A stretch of 63,631 nt of DNA, filler included, from Octopus bimaculoides (Eukaryota), in NCBI RefSeq assembly GCF_001194135.2. It is 5 parts of 5 records of this genome, joined end to end, with 100 filler letters (N's around TTAATTAATTAA, not from the genome) between each part and the next. Parts side by side here need not be neighbours in the genome. Positions count along the whole stretch, not along the records: positions 33,193 to 57,650 come from NC_068984.1; positions 57,751 to 61,895 come from NC_069003.1; positions 61,996 to 63,631 come from NC_068986.1; 2 more parts are not named here. One strand, written 5' to 3'. Below, one piece after another: positions 50,835 to 63,605 of this stretch (its first letter is position 1; the number at the start of each line of letters is the position of its first letter). A program made the position numbers and the translations under genes. The notes under the pieces are model-generated. The model saw nothing but the letters and a program-made list of their open reading frames with translations, ran no database searches and was not told the DNA's origin.

Positions 50835-51075
50835 AAGACCCGGAAAAAGAAAATTTGGTATAGTTCCTGTATTCCTCTGTGTATGTGTGTTCGCCCACGA
50901 TGTTGCTATTGCAGTTGCTGTTGTTCTTGTTATTGACATCGTTGGCACCGCCGCTTCTGCTGTGGTGCCAACGATGGCTATAACAATAACAGCTACCGCA
51001 ATGGCAACACCGTGGGCGAACACACATACACAGAGGAATACAGGAACTGTACCATATATTTGTTTCTTCGGTTCT
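50835..51075. other. Long near-perfect inverted repeat (about 100 bp arms, 4-nt loop)
   Basis: 50856-50954 is the reverse complement of 50959-51054; near-identical ORFs on both strands. Confidence 0.95.
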
Positions 51076-51199
51076 TAGGACAGCATCAACACAATAGGGT
51101 GAGAAGATGGAGCTGAGGGGACGGCCGCACAGCTGCTGAAATCTGTGACACAATCACATACACGCTCGCGCGCGCACACACATGCAAGGACATAAACGC

Positions 51200-51430
51200 A
51201 TGCGCACATAGGGATGCACATCTTTGAAGAATAGAATGGAGCAAGTGGGGCAAGAATATACAGGAAAACCAAAAGTGTCGCTGAAGAGGTCATATATGTG
51301 ACGAAAAATTTCTGGACAGTGGACAAAAGTTAAAATCATAAAATAAGAAAGTAATAAACAAGTGAAGGAAAAATATATAGTGCGTGTGTTTATTTAGCAG
51401 AAAAAAAAATGACCGCCCCGAAATACAATA
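51200..51430 (+). mobile_element. Solo PLE 3'/pLTR remnant with hammerhead motif at 51275-51318
   Basis: CTGAAGA G GTCAT ATAT GTGAC GAAA AATT TC TGGAC; tail aaatatatagtgcgtgtgttt...atgaccgcccc homologous to 15640-15700 on minus. Confidence 0.65.
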
Positions 51431-51466
51431 TCTGTTTCAATACACTATTTCACATCAGGAATCTTT

Positions 51467-51504
<38 letters not shown>

Positions 51505-52673
51505 AAAAAGGAAGAAACAAAAATAGAAAGGGTTGTTATTTTTGAGATGGTTGAAATTGATAACCGGTTCAAATAGGTCAGGCTTTATATTAATTGCAAT
51601 ATATTTCTCTTAGTCATTGTGCGACAAATCTTTTGGTTAGTTGTCATGTTTTCCAGCAATAGAAAATACANNNNNNNNNNNNNNNNNNNNNNNNNNNNNN
51701 NNNNNNNNNNNNNNNNNNNNNNNNNNNNNNNNNNNNNNNNNNNNNNNNNNNNNNNNNNNNNNNNNNNNNNNNNNNNNNNNNNNNNNNNNNNNNNNNNNNN
51801 NNNNNNNNNNNNNNNNNNNNNNNNNNNNNNNNNNNNNNNNNNNNNNNNNNNNNNNNNNNNNNNNNNNNNNNNNNNNNNNNNNNNNNNNNNNNNNNNNNNN
51901 NNNNNNNNNNNNNNNNNNNNNNNNNNNNNNNNNNNNNNNNNNNNNNNNNNNNNNNNNNNNNNNNNNNNNNNNNNNNNNNNNNNNNNNNNNNNNNNNNNNN
52001 NNNNNNNNNNNNNNNNNNNNNNNNNNNNNNNNNNNNNNNNNNNNNNNNNNNNNNNNNNNNNNNNNNNNNNNNNNNNNNNNNNNNNNNNNNNNNNNNNNNN
52101 NNNNNNNNNNNNNNNNNNNNNNNNNNNNNNNNNNNNNNNNNNNNNNNNNNNNNNNNNNNNNNNNNNNNNNNNNNNNNNNNNNNNNNNNNNNNNNNNNNNN
52201 NNNNNNNNNNNNNNNNNNNNNNNNNNNNNNNNNNNNNNNNNNNNNNNNNNNNNNNNNNNNNNNNNNNNNNNNNNNNNNNNNNNNNNNNNNNNNNNNNNNN
52301 NNNNNNNNNNNNNNNNNNNNNNNNNNNNNNNNNNNNNNNNNNNNNNNNNNNNNNNNNNNNNNNNNNNNNNNNNNNNNNNNNNNNNNNNNNNNNNNNNNNN
52401 NNNNNNNNNNNNNNNNNNNNNNNNNNNNNNNNNNNNNNNNNNNNNNNNNNNNNNNNNNNNNNNNNNNNNNNNNNNNNNNNNNNNNNNNNNNNNNNNNNNN
52501 NNNNNNNNNNNNNNNNNNNNNNNNNNNNNNNNNNNNNNNNNNNNNNNNNNNNNNNNNNNNNNNNNNNNNNNNNNNNNNNNTGTATTGAATATGAAATTTT
52601 ATACACACATATACACGCATACACACATGCACACACGCACTCAGACATACATACATACATTACACGCATGCAT

Positions 52674-52729
<56 letters not shown>

Positions 52730-53581
52730 ATATATAAATATATATATATACATACATGTATGTATAAACACATATATACAAAATGCAGCGAGTGAGAATG
52801 AAAGAAAATTTGTATAAAGTATCTATAATAATTGAATAAATTTTCAGTTTATTCTATGCAAAATTGCAATTAACTTTTATTCTGTTCAGCGGGTAATTGT
52901 TATGTCATCTACATCTATTTCTTCTTGGAAAAACACTCTATTGAATCTTTTAAAAGTTGACAGAATTGTTTTGGTTTTAGACTTTGCTCTTTGTTTAACT
53001 CGCGTATAAATATTATAACACAAAATTATTAATATTCATATATTTATTTACCTTTATTATTTTCCTAATTTAAAGATAGGATGAAAACAAATCTTACCTT
53101 AAAGATGCTATATGGGCCTTTTGGAGACATTTCTTTTGTTTGAATTTTGTTCAAAATTATGTAAATTACTGCTGGTCAAAAGCCTTCAATAGCCATATTT
53201 TAACATATGTAAACTATTGTCTACTGTTCAAGTCGGCTTATACTAGCTACGCTAAACCGTTGTGGTCATAATCCTCCACTAACAAAGAAAGCTTTTACTC
53301 AAACATGGGAAGTGAATCCTCTCCAATTAATTGTTAACTTATTGAAATTATGTCTTTTTTGTGCGACTTCAACGAAAACTTACTAGATTTTGTTTTCTAT
53401 TTTCAGTTAAAAATGAAATGTCAATTGATTAAGAAATCTTTTGCGTATTACATTCAGTTTACCCTCAACTATTCGATATTTCTTTATAAGTCATTGGCTT
53501 ATTTAAGTTAATTTTCCTTTGCTTAATTTTAGTTCAAGTAGAAGAAAACTTCCACTTTCTCTTTATATTCCTCTTTTAACT

Positions 53582-53819
53582 TGTTGTGTCGACGCCCCCA
53601 GGCGAAGAAGTAGGATCTCCCAAGACATATAAATAAAGGTAGTCTGGCCGTGGTAGGAGTGTTGAGTAGCAATTGAGTAGCAGTTGTGTAGCTGTCGAGT
53701 AGAGATCATCCGAAGGTGCTAGATAGCAGTAGCTTGAGACATAACATAACTATAACTCCGAAACCATTTGTAATTACTTATATACTTACATCAAAGTAAA
53801 AGAGTCTCCATATCTAACA
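53582..53819 (+). mobile_element. Possible solo LTR
   Basis: TGTT...AACA termini, internal TATAAATA; no target-site duplication found. Confidence 0.35.
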
Positions 53820-54289
53820 GCTGAATATGTAGGAATACTCTTCTGAGGAAAGTAAGTCAGCTGTATCCCTTCGTTTGTGTGAATTGAGTAGGTTGTTGCT
53901 TTTTACCCGTATTACGTTTTGATACCTTTTTTACCCTTTGAACTCTGTAAATGACCTTTGCACTTCTGAGAAAAAAAAAAGACAAAATAAATCCATAAAA
54001 TGCTTTCTGAAAACATGATTCTAATTGGTAATTTATCAGGCAACAATACTTAGCCATACAGATTGTTGTCTTTTGTCAACATTAGTGAGAAGTTTGGTTT
54101 TCAAAAATTACTGCGGACTGCTGCCGCATAGTTTCGAATAAACAACGTGAAATCTTAACGGTTATGGTCTTCGATTTTGTGAGGAACATGCGGCATCATG
54201 CTATGAGGGTGGGTACGGTGGAATGAAATGGCATTGAACTTGGTGTGAGGATTAATCAATTTAGAACAGTGCTCCGACATACTTTTATA

Positions 54290-54650
54290 CTTTCACTTAC
54301 TTCACTCATTGGAGTGTGGCCATACTGGGGTACTACCGTGAAGGATTAAGTCGAACAAATCGACACCAATACTTATTTCTCGGACTTTTACCGAACCACT
54401 TAGTTAGGGGGACAAAAAACAAGCCAATACCCAAAAAACAAGCGATGTAGGGACAAATAACAAAGACACGCACGTACACACGCATACATGCACACAAGCG
54501 CACGCGCACTCACTCACACACGCATGCACACACGCACACACAGATATATGACAGAATTCCATCTACGAAATTAACTCATAAGGCATTGCCCAGTTCAGAG
54601 CAATTGTGGAAGACACTTGTCCCAGGTGCTTGTGAAAGGAACTTCTTAAC
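54290..54650 (-). mobile_element. Degraded OK/OR-like SINE
   Basis: gtcgaacaaatcgacaccaatacttatt...accgaaccacttagtt and aactcataaggcattgccc...gaagacacttgtcccaggtgc. Confidence 0.7.
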
Positions 54651-54824
54651 TACACTAACGTTGGGACGATTTGTTCGACTAAAGGTGGTGCTCCAGCGTG
54701 GTCACAGTCAAATGAGTGAAACAAGTAAAAGAATGCAAAAAGAATGGCTTAAAATTTTGGTGAGGTTTGGGGGTCTACTTGGAAGCTATCAATAATTGAA
54801 AGAAATGTAGCACTTTAGACTTAC

Positions 54825-54927
54825 AAAATGACTTATTTCCTGTTTGTACTCGTTGAAAGCCACCAGCCACTCAGAGCTGCTATTCAACCTTTTGTTTATA
54901 GTTTGCTGAAACTTCGTCCAGGTCTTG
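54825..54927 (-). CDS. Internal coding exon (KTWTKFQQTINKRLNSSSEWLVAFNEYKQEISHF), product unknown
   Basis: Branch-like ACTAA plus acttttcag acceptor, GTAAGT donor, only one open frame, phase 2 to 0. Confidence 0.6.
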
Positions 54928-55118
54928 CTGAAAAGTTTTAGTAAACGTGTCTATGTTGTGTCATGTATAAGTTGACAATCTAATATTCAACAGAAAGGTG
55001 ATCCATTGACTATGAAATTAACCCCCCCGCACACGCACTTTACATGTTTGTATGTAATGTATGTAGAGAGATAACAATAGTATAGAATTTGTGCAATATC
55101 AAAGAAAATTGCTTCTGA

Positions 55119-55189
<71 letters not shown>

Positions 55190-56720
55190 ATAGAAAGAAT
55201 ATTTTTTTTACCAAAATACATGAAGGTGCAGAACGTGAGAACAATTCTACAGATTAACTCACCTCTTTCATCTATATTCGAAAACTAGTGCTTTGCCAAT
55301 CATGTTGCATTACATTAATATGTACCAAGATTAAGGCAAGGGTTTGTCAGATTTGGTAATGCAGCAGGCAGACAAAACGCTTTGGAGTATTTTGTTACAA
55401 TTTCTTACGTTCTGAGTCCAAATTCAAACTTTGAGCATTTTGCTTTCATCCATATATGTCAGTAAAATGAATTACAAGTTAAGTAACGAAGTTGATTTAA
55501 ACGACTAAACTCTCCCACAAAATTGATGACTGTGCCAATGTTGGAAACTAGTATGTATACTGATAAAGTGGCAGATATCAACAAACAGAAATTCTCTTAA
55601 TATTTAATATACAATGATTTTCTCTTATGTAATTGTTTAGATGAATGAAAGATTTCTTTCCTATATAAGTACATATATACATACGTACGTACATAAATAC
55701 ATGCGTGTGTGCGCGTGTGCATGTGTGTGTGTGTGTGTGTGTGTGTTTGTCTGTGTGTGTGTGTTTACTTGGTAATAACACCGAACATCGGAATCTACAA
55801 GGCTCAGAGTATATCATATACTACTTTCGCCACTTTCAATGTAATATGAAGTGAAAGCCAATATGTAAAATCTGTTCATATGCTGTCCAGTGAAAAATGA
55901 CGTTATGCGTCTGGCTGCAATTTCCCTTCTAGGCAATTAGAATTAAATAACTTGGTCACTGGCCAGAAAGTAAGGTACACAGCAAGATATATATCAATTA
56001 CTCTTGGATGAAGAGGTCTCATTCGTAATATATAGATTGGTTTTCTGTATTTCAATTAGCATATATTATCGATTTTATTTTACAAATCTAGTAGCAGAAG
56101 AATATAGTCAAGTGAAGTTGAATGTATTACTAGTAGTTCTGTTATTAACCACATATTATTGAACTACAATATCAAATATAGAAGGATTTGAACTTAGAAT
56201 CTAGAGGTATGAAACTAAATATCATAAAGCTTTATAAAGCTTTATAATTCCTGAAAAGCTGAAATCTGCATGTCATTTGTGTTAGTAATTTTTACATTAA
56301 CACTAACATAATAGTAATTTTAAGATACATTAAAATATCACAATGATAGATTATAGATTTAAATTTTGAAGGAAACTTGAATTAATTCCAACTTACAAAT
56401 TTGTGTCAAAATTCCTTTAAACAAACTGGAAAATAGTCTACTTAGAGTATTTGATATGATAAATGGCATTTGAGATCACAGACAACATGACAAGCATATG
56501 ATGTCAAATATCATTGAAATACTCTGAAGTTACTTGTGCATGGTGCTGTTGACTGTGTCTCGAAGTCTCATTACATCGGTGAAACGCATGTGTTATAAAC
56601 AGACATCGCCTAGAGGGTGGCGATGTTCTTCGTTAACAAAAAATAACAGCGATCAGATATTCACTTTTGAATTTGCCAAAAAGACATTAAGAATGGATAC
56701 GTTGTTGTTTAGATTCTCAC

Positions 56721-56916
56721 TGTTCTGCGAGCATCTCATAATTTATTGTCTCTTTTGTAGACTTTAGCATACATAAGAAAAATAATTTGTTTGCTGATTC
56801 ATATAAACAAGAACTCATTCTCTTGTTAGCTTCTTCCGTCAGTCGCGGTAGCTTTAATTGAAGAGATACATAATAAGCTCGAGACACATCAGTGTTTCGA
56901 TTTGAACACACATTAT
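56721..56916 (-). CDS. Internal coding exon (NVCSNRNTDVSRAYY...INYEMLAE), product unknown
   Basis: acatctttag acceptor, GTGAGA donor, 64 open codons, phase 1 to 2 matches the next exon. Confidence 0.6.
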
Positions 56917-57034
56917 CTAAAGATGTCTAAAGGTGTTCTCCGTTGACAAAAACCAACAATCAGACAATCACATATGAATCTACCGCAACGTATTGAGAAT
57001 GAATAGACGCATTAATATTATCCGATTTTACCAA

Positions 57035-57240
57035 AGGCGGCGAGCTGGCAGAATCGTTAGCACGCTGAGTGAAATGCTTAGCGGTATTTCGTCTGCTGTT
57101 CCGTTCTGAGTTCAAATTCCGTCGAGGTCGACTTTGCTTTTCATCCTTTTGGGTCGATAAATTAAGTACCAAGTTATATACTGGGGTCGATGTAATCAAC
57201 TTGTCCCTTCCCTCAAAAATTACAGGCCTTGTGCCAATAG
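57035..57240 (+). mobile_element. Meta/MESC-like SINE
   Basis: Near-identical to 40797-41015. Confidence 0.92.
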
Positions 57241-57389
57241 GAGAAAGGATTATTTTATTTCGCCATGGACGGAGAACAACTGTGAATATGCTCTGGCATT
57301 ATCTGCAAACCATGAAGATCATCGTGCTTACTTGAGTTCTGATGAAAGACTCACAAACCAATTATTTAGACAACAGAATTATCTATCTA

Positions 57390-57423
<34 letters not shown>

Positions 57424-58126
57424 GTACCAATTGAATAAAGTTAAAACATGATTTGGTTTTCATGTTTTTTATCATATGTTAACATAAAAAATAAATATAT
57501 TTTGCAATGTTCATACGAGCATTACAAAATATTTTTTTATTATTATTAAAATGTCATAACAAAAAACGTATAAACCAGACCATATTTTAATTTTATTCTA
57601 CTTATATATTACTGTATACCCATTCACGCAATTCGAAACAATATATATATNNNNNNNNNNNNNNNNNNNNNNNNNNNNNNNNNNNNNNNNNNNNTTAATT
57701 AATTAANNNNNNNNNNNNNNNNNNNNNNNNNNNNNNNNNNNNNNNNNNNNATATATATATATATGTGTGTGTATATATATGTATATAAGGTATGTATGTA
57801 TGTATATGTATAGCCCTACACATTCAGATATGCATTGTGAGAGAAGTATAGAAGTACACACATATATGTATACATACAGTTAGAATACCAAACTAACCGA
57901 CCAACCAAAAAACTAACATTTTATACTTTCTCTTTCATGACTTTAAATCACTTGTTTGGAACCAGATTATTTATATTCACAATCTTCTTCCCTTTATCAA
58001 CCCGCATATCATCATTCATTGTTTGCCCTCGCTGATATGAGCTGTAAAATTTTACAGTGCAGTAGCCTTCCTCCACACATCTTGGTCTCTCTACACCTTG
58101 CACCACAATTGTTGTTTGTCAATGCA

Positions 58127-58573
58127 TACAGATCATTGTCGACTTACAACCAATCGGCTTTACAACGATTGGCATGCCAGCTCCCAGCAGCAATAATTAA
58201 TAGTTCAATTGAAATCTAATGGGTTTAATTTCTTAGAAATTAACCCATCTATGGATGATGTCAGGTACCAATCACTCCCGCTAAGTTTGGTTATCAATTG
58301 CCACTGCGTTGGATGACTATCCGGTTGCGGAGACTTCAAAGCAACCTCATATTTGTTTATAAGATGACTGCTTGAGACTCCAAAAATTTTGACTAAAGCC
58401 AGTATAATAGTTGAATACAGAATGCTGTGTGTGACTTTAACCTAAGAATGTACCTTAAGAACGTAAAAATATAAAAGAAAGTCATGTTGGCCTATCGGCC
58501 GACTTATGACCAAATTGACTTACAAACCAGTCAGTTGGAACCAATTGCGGTCGTAAGTTGATGATGACCTATA
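58127..58573. mobile_element. Tigger/pogo-like MITE
   Basis: TIRs ta-cagatcattgtcgacttacaacc and ggtcgtaagttgatgatgacct-ata; TA flanks. Confidence 0.7.
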
Positions 58574-58606
58574 TTTGTTAATGCTCCAAGCTGTGTTGCT
58601 GTATGT

Positions 58607-58833
58607 TCAGCCCTTTAGCATTCACATTATTTGTTGAATATAATGCTTATATATTCACATTGTGATAAACTAATCATGCGTTATCTCATAGCTTTGAGAT
58701 TTCATTGATGTGGTTGTATATTTTTAGAATGATATTGTAGGATAGGTTTGAGAAGCCAGCTCTAGCTGGTTTGAATATAAAACAGATAGAATATTTTGGT
58801 CAGATATGGCCAGTTTAAATGCTAAAGGGTCAA
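58607..58833. mobile_element. piggyBac-like MITE
   Basis: TIRs ccctttagcatt and aatgctaaaggg with degenerate TTAA-like flanks. Confidence 0.65.
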
Positions 58834-58937
58834 GAATTTGGCTGCTGTTTTCTTTCCCCTTTTTAATTTTTTTAATTACTGCTGAATACATTTTGTATTA
58901 CAAACAAATCCCTATGCGAAGAACAGGTGATGAGTAC

Positions 58938-59082
58938 ATTTCATAAGGATTTCAATGAAGAGGATTCTACTTTCTAGGTTTAATATCTGTTGTTGACTAT
59001 TCACTCCACCAAGTCTTTTCCTTTCTTCCAACAATAAAACAGATGACATTTGATTAACGTGTTCATTAGTCCCGACAAATGA
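58938..59082 (-). CDS. Candidate upstream exon (SFVGTNEHVNQM...ILFIEILMK)
   Basis: cttccttggtttccag acceptor, 48 open codons, phase 0 to 1 compatible with 56916; donor GTACTC weak. Confidence 0.35.
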
Positions 59083-59365
59083 CTGGAAACCAAGGAAGAC
59101 TAACGCATTACACCACAAAACAACAACAACAACACAACAACGATAACGGTGATGATGATGATTGCATTCACGATGATAATGTTTTCCATTTTGTGACAAG
59201 GCCACAATATTTTGTTAAGAGGGAGGAATTCAGCCAGTTTAATCACTAATTGAGGGCTATATATATTTATCAACCCCCAAAATCTAAGGTATGAATTCCA
59301 GTGTTGATATCTCAGTGGAAGTTATGCTGAGAATGTAACACATACACACATACACACATACACAC

Positions 59366-59590
59366 GGCGAGCTGGCAGAAACGTTAGCACGCTGGGCGAA
59401 ATGCTTAGCGGTATTTCGTCTGCCGCTACGTTCTGAGTTCAAATTCCGCCGAGGTCGACTTTGCCTTTCATCCTTTTGGGGTCGATTAAATAAGTACCAG
59501 TTACGCACTGGGGTCAATCTAATCGACTTAATCCGTTTGTCTGTCTTTATTTGTCCCCTCTGTGTGTAGCCCCTTGTGGGCAGTAAAGAA
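59366..59590 (+). mobile_element. Young Meta/MESC-like SINE
   Basis: Near-identical to 40797-41015. Confidence 0.92.
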
Positions 59591-60182
59591 ATAACACACA
59601 TACACACACACCTGTATAAACCATCTTTGATGTAACTAATGTGTGTGTTAGTGTATCTGCATGTGTGTCCTTGTGTCCTGTCTAAACGGCGTTGTTAATT
59701 CTATTCAAAGCAATGTTAAAATTCTGATAGTATGATGGTTAGTGGTGATGACAGTGATAGTAATGATGACAATAACAATAATGATGACTATGATGGCAAT
59801 CAGGCTAAAGATGATGAGAGTGATGTTGCTATTTATGGTGGTTATGATGATGATCGTGGTGATAACAGCTGATATAGTGTCCATGTATAATGAATAATAA
59901 AGACATGTGCTATGAAGTTGAGTGATATGGTTAATGTAACTGTTTGGTAAATAAGGAAGATGTGGGGTATATAGACTGTCAGCATTTAATGATGAACTGT
60001 GCACACACACGTACACACATCCAAGATACACACATCCAAGATGCACACACACATACACACACAAAAAGACATATGAAAGAAAATGAAATTCACACTGTGG
60101 TTGACATTAGATAGCTGAATGCTGTGAAGGGGCTTTAAACAGCTTACGACAGGATGTATACCTGAATGTAATATAATTACTA

Positions 60183-60622
60183 TGGCGTGGTTGTGTGGCA
60201 AAAAGTTTTCTTCCCAACCACATGGACCCAGGTTCAGTCCCACTGCATGGCACCTTGGGTAAGTATCTTCTGCTATAGCCTCGGGTTGACCAAAGCCTTG
60301 TGAGTGGATTTGGTTGATAGAAATCCATTGTTTATGTTCGTGTGTGTTTATCTTTGTGTTTGTGTTTGTCCCCCCCCTCCCAGTACCGCTTGACAACCGG
60401 TGTTCATGTGTTTACATCCCCTTAACCTAGTGGTTCAGCAAAAGAAACTGACAGAATAAGTACCAGGCTTAAAAAGAAAATAAATATTGGGGTCGTCTAC
60501 CAAATCCACTCACAAGGCTTTGGTCGGCCCGAGGCTATAGTAGAAGACACTTGCCCAGGGTGTCACGCAGTGGGACTGAACCCGGAACCATGTGGTTGGT
60601 AAGCAAGCTACTTACCACACAG
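60183..60622. mobile_element. Two OK/OR-like SINE copies in tail-to-tail inverted orientation
   Basis: Plus copy 60183-60480, minus head 60495-60622. Confidence 0.88.
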
Positions 60623-60851
60623 TCGTATATTATTGAACTCAGAACGTAAAGACAGATAAAATACTGCTAAGCATTTCGCCCAGCATGCTAACGTTTCTGC
60701 CTTACAAGTTATTGATATTGTCAGCTGACTTGTGTAGCAGACAGTAAAAGGTATTTAATTTTGAATTTTTCAGTGAGTGATGGAATTAAGATGGAACTGT
60801 TTGAAAATTTGAATTGAAACAGTTCTATTCTCTGTTAGAGAGGCCTGGACA

Positions 60852-60893
<42 letters not shown>

Positions 60894-61371
60894 TTGGTAT
60901 AAAAGATGGGCTACAGCAAATATTCTGCTTAATACCACAGATTTGCTTGTCAGTTGTTTGACCTTAACCAGTTGAGCATGTCCCTTGGTGGCTGACGATA
61001 TGTGCATCTCTGATCATGAGCAGAAGTAGTGGAGGAGCATCATAGCCATGTGTTGAGAGGGATTCTTTGGGAGTTTGGATAATTCACCTTTGGAAACATG
61101 GGTGCTTTGCTCAACATCCTTCAACAAACCTTATCCAGGGACCTTTTGAGTGGGGTGGGCTACTCGACCGGAAGAAAATTCTAACTGGGCCCCACCTGCA
61201 AGGTCATGCGCTGTTTATCTTGATATGAGATCACCATGTCATGCACATATTGTTGTGTTGTGATGCATGTGCCTGGTGTACCCTTATCAGACGGGTAGTC
61301 ATGATGGGTACACTGGGCTTCGTATATTTTACCCCAGTGTCACTTTGATGGCATGCCCTGCTCTCTCACTC

Positions 61372-61372
<1 letters not shown>
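60894..61372 (+). mobile_element. Dispersed repeat embedded in (AAT)n, probable non-LTR 3' end
   Basis: (AAT)n on both sides; a partial inverted copy lies at about 62760-62830. Confidence 0.55.
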
Positions 61373-61403
<31 letters not shown>

Positions 61404-61564
61404 ACTTACTGTATACAGTGCTCAGGTACTGCACTACAACTCATCAGAAAAAGTAACCCAAACTGCACGAACAGTACATAGAATATGCACAGGAAGTGAA
61501 CAGTGCAAAAGTCTTAAAAAAAAAAACGGAAGAAGAAACGGGGGTGGCGAGGCATCAGGTGTAC

Positions 61565-61739
61565 TTTACTCTTTTACTTGTTTCAGTCATTTGACTGCGG
61601 CCATGCTGGGGCACCGCCTTTAGTCGAGCAAATCGACCCTAGTACTTATTCTTTGGAAGCCTAGTACTTATTCTATTGGTCTCTTTTTGCCGAACCGCTA
61701 AGTTACAGGGAACTTGGGGGGACAAACACAGACGGACAA

Positions 61740-61791
<52 letters not shown>

Positions 61792-61895
61792 GCATATATA
61801 CGACGGGCTTCTTTCAGTTTCCGTCTACCAAATCCACTCACAAGGCTTTGGTCGGCCCGAGGCTATAGTAGAAGACACTTGCCCAAAGTGCCATG
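61565..61895 (-). mobile_element. Young OK/OR-like SINE, head lost in gap
   Basis: Matches 21595-22050. Confidence 0.9.
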
Positions 61896-62039
61896 NNNNN
61901 NNNNNNNNNNNNNNNNNNNNNNNNNNNNNNNNNNNNNNNTTAATTAATTAANNNNNNNNNNNNNNNNNNNNNNNNNNNNNNNNNNNNNNNNNNNNTATAT
62001 ATACATAATTTGCCGCTATCAGCCCAGCGATAGATTAGA

Positions 62040-62612
62040 AAGCGTGTGTGAATGTGGATGAAAAAGTATGTTTCTTCGCCATCTCCTATGGGTTGCGCTT
62101 TTGTTTCCATATCCTAAAGACACAGTCACGTTTCATTCCCCGATACCAGTTCAAATCTCCACCGCACAAGATAAAGATGTTTTCTTTGGTTTCGAACGTT
62201 TCCAGTAGATCAGAACAGACTTCAAATCATGTATCAATTCCCAAGGTACCCACTTTGTGCACTCTCTGATGGTCTTCCCCAATTGCTGTTTGTGCAGCAA
62301 ACATACATCTCCCCATGCGAATCATTTCACCTACTCGTTGATGATTTGTGTCGGTGGTTAAATCTGATGATTGGTTTGTTTACAATACTGGTTTTCCTTT
62401 CTTTAAACTTCTTTACCCCTCTGTGTACATTACTCTTGTCAAATGTGTCAGCACCGTAAATAATCTATAGCCTTCTATAGATGTTAGGCAGCTTGTACTT
62501 CTTCCTCAAGAACTCAACGATAGGAAGTTGGTTCTATTTGGAACCCATTACACTGTGTAACACGATTTTTGTCCTTAGGTAGCAACTGTTATTTCCTATT
62601 TGCTTACCCCTA
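62040..62612 (-). mobile_element. Decayed mariner transposase 5' half
   Basis: IYRRL*IIYGADTFDKSNVHRGVKKFKERKTSI HTH and a GNETW-like first catalytic Asp region. Confidence 0.75.
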
Positions 62613-63534
62613 GAAAATATCAAAAATGGCTAATATTTCCTTCAAACTTTGCTTTTGTTGCATTTATTTGAACCCCAAAGAATCTCTCTCAAAATATGGC
62701 TATGATGCTCTTCTACTGCTCTTGCTCATAATTAGAGACGCACATATTGTCAATCACTATGGGACATGTTCAAGTGGTTAAGGTCAAGCAGCTAACAAGC
62801 AAATGGTATTGAGTAGAATATTTGCTATAACGATATTTCTGCGGCAGCAACTCAGCGCTGAATCTGTCTGAGATATAATGGAAAATAGGTTAGTTTCAAA
62901 ACATTGATGTCCAGCTCACAAAAGTAAAGTTTGAAGGGAATAGTTGTAATTTCCTTTAATTATTAGATAGAAGCAAATAGAAAATAACACTTATTGACAA
63001 AAAAAAAAAAAAGAATTTAGTGTTATTTGCCTGCACTGAAGAAGAACCGGGAGAAGAATTATAAAGGAAGAGTTACGCCATCAACATCAGGAATCTGTGC
63101 TCATTAAAAAGAATTATGACTGCTTTTACATTCCTTCCGTACAGCCCTCCTGTATTCATACATATGTGTGTTTGCGTGTGTGTGTATGTGTGTTAATGTT
63201 AAATAATGAAGGTGTTAACAACAAGCTTATACTAATAAAAAGACTCAATATGTTCAGTAGGATCAAATTTATTATACACATATTAGGTTAATTAGGATTT
63301 CAAGTCTCACCTCATTTGGTTTATGATATTGAAGTACAGATTTTGTCGCTATTTACACGAGAAAACTTCCTTTACGATGGGGGCAGAAAGAATACTGGTA
63401 TATGATTTTGCAGTCGAAATAGTTCAAACTTTAAGAATATATTTATAAATGCTATGAATAGTGTGTATATATTCTTTTACATGGGTCTCTCTCTCTCTTT
63501 CTCTCTCTCTCCCTCTCTCTCAAACACACAGATT

Positions 63535-63605
<71 letters not shown>

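Noticed and set aside
50787-51078. Two paralogous small proteins on opposite strands
   Set aside because: A by-product of the DNA palindrome; no ATG start or splice support.
51619-52771. 300+ aa ORFs (also 15143-15684, 22161-22923)
   Set aside because: They are open only because they run through N gaps.
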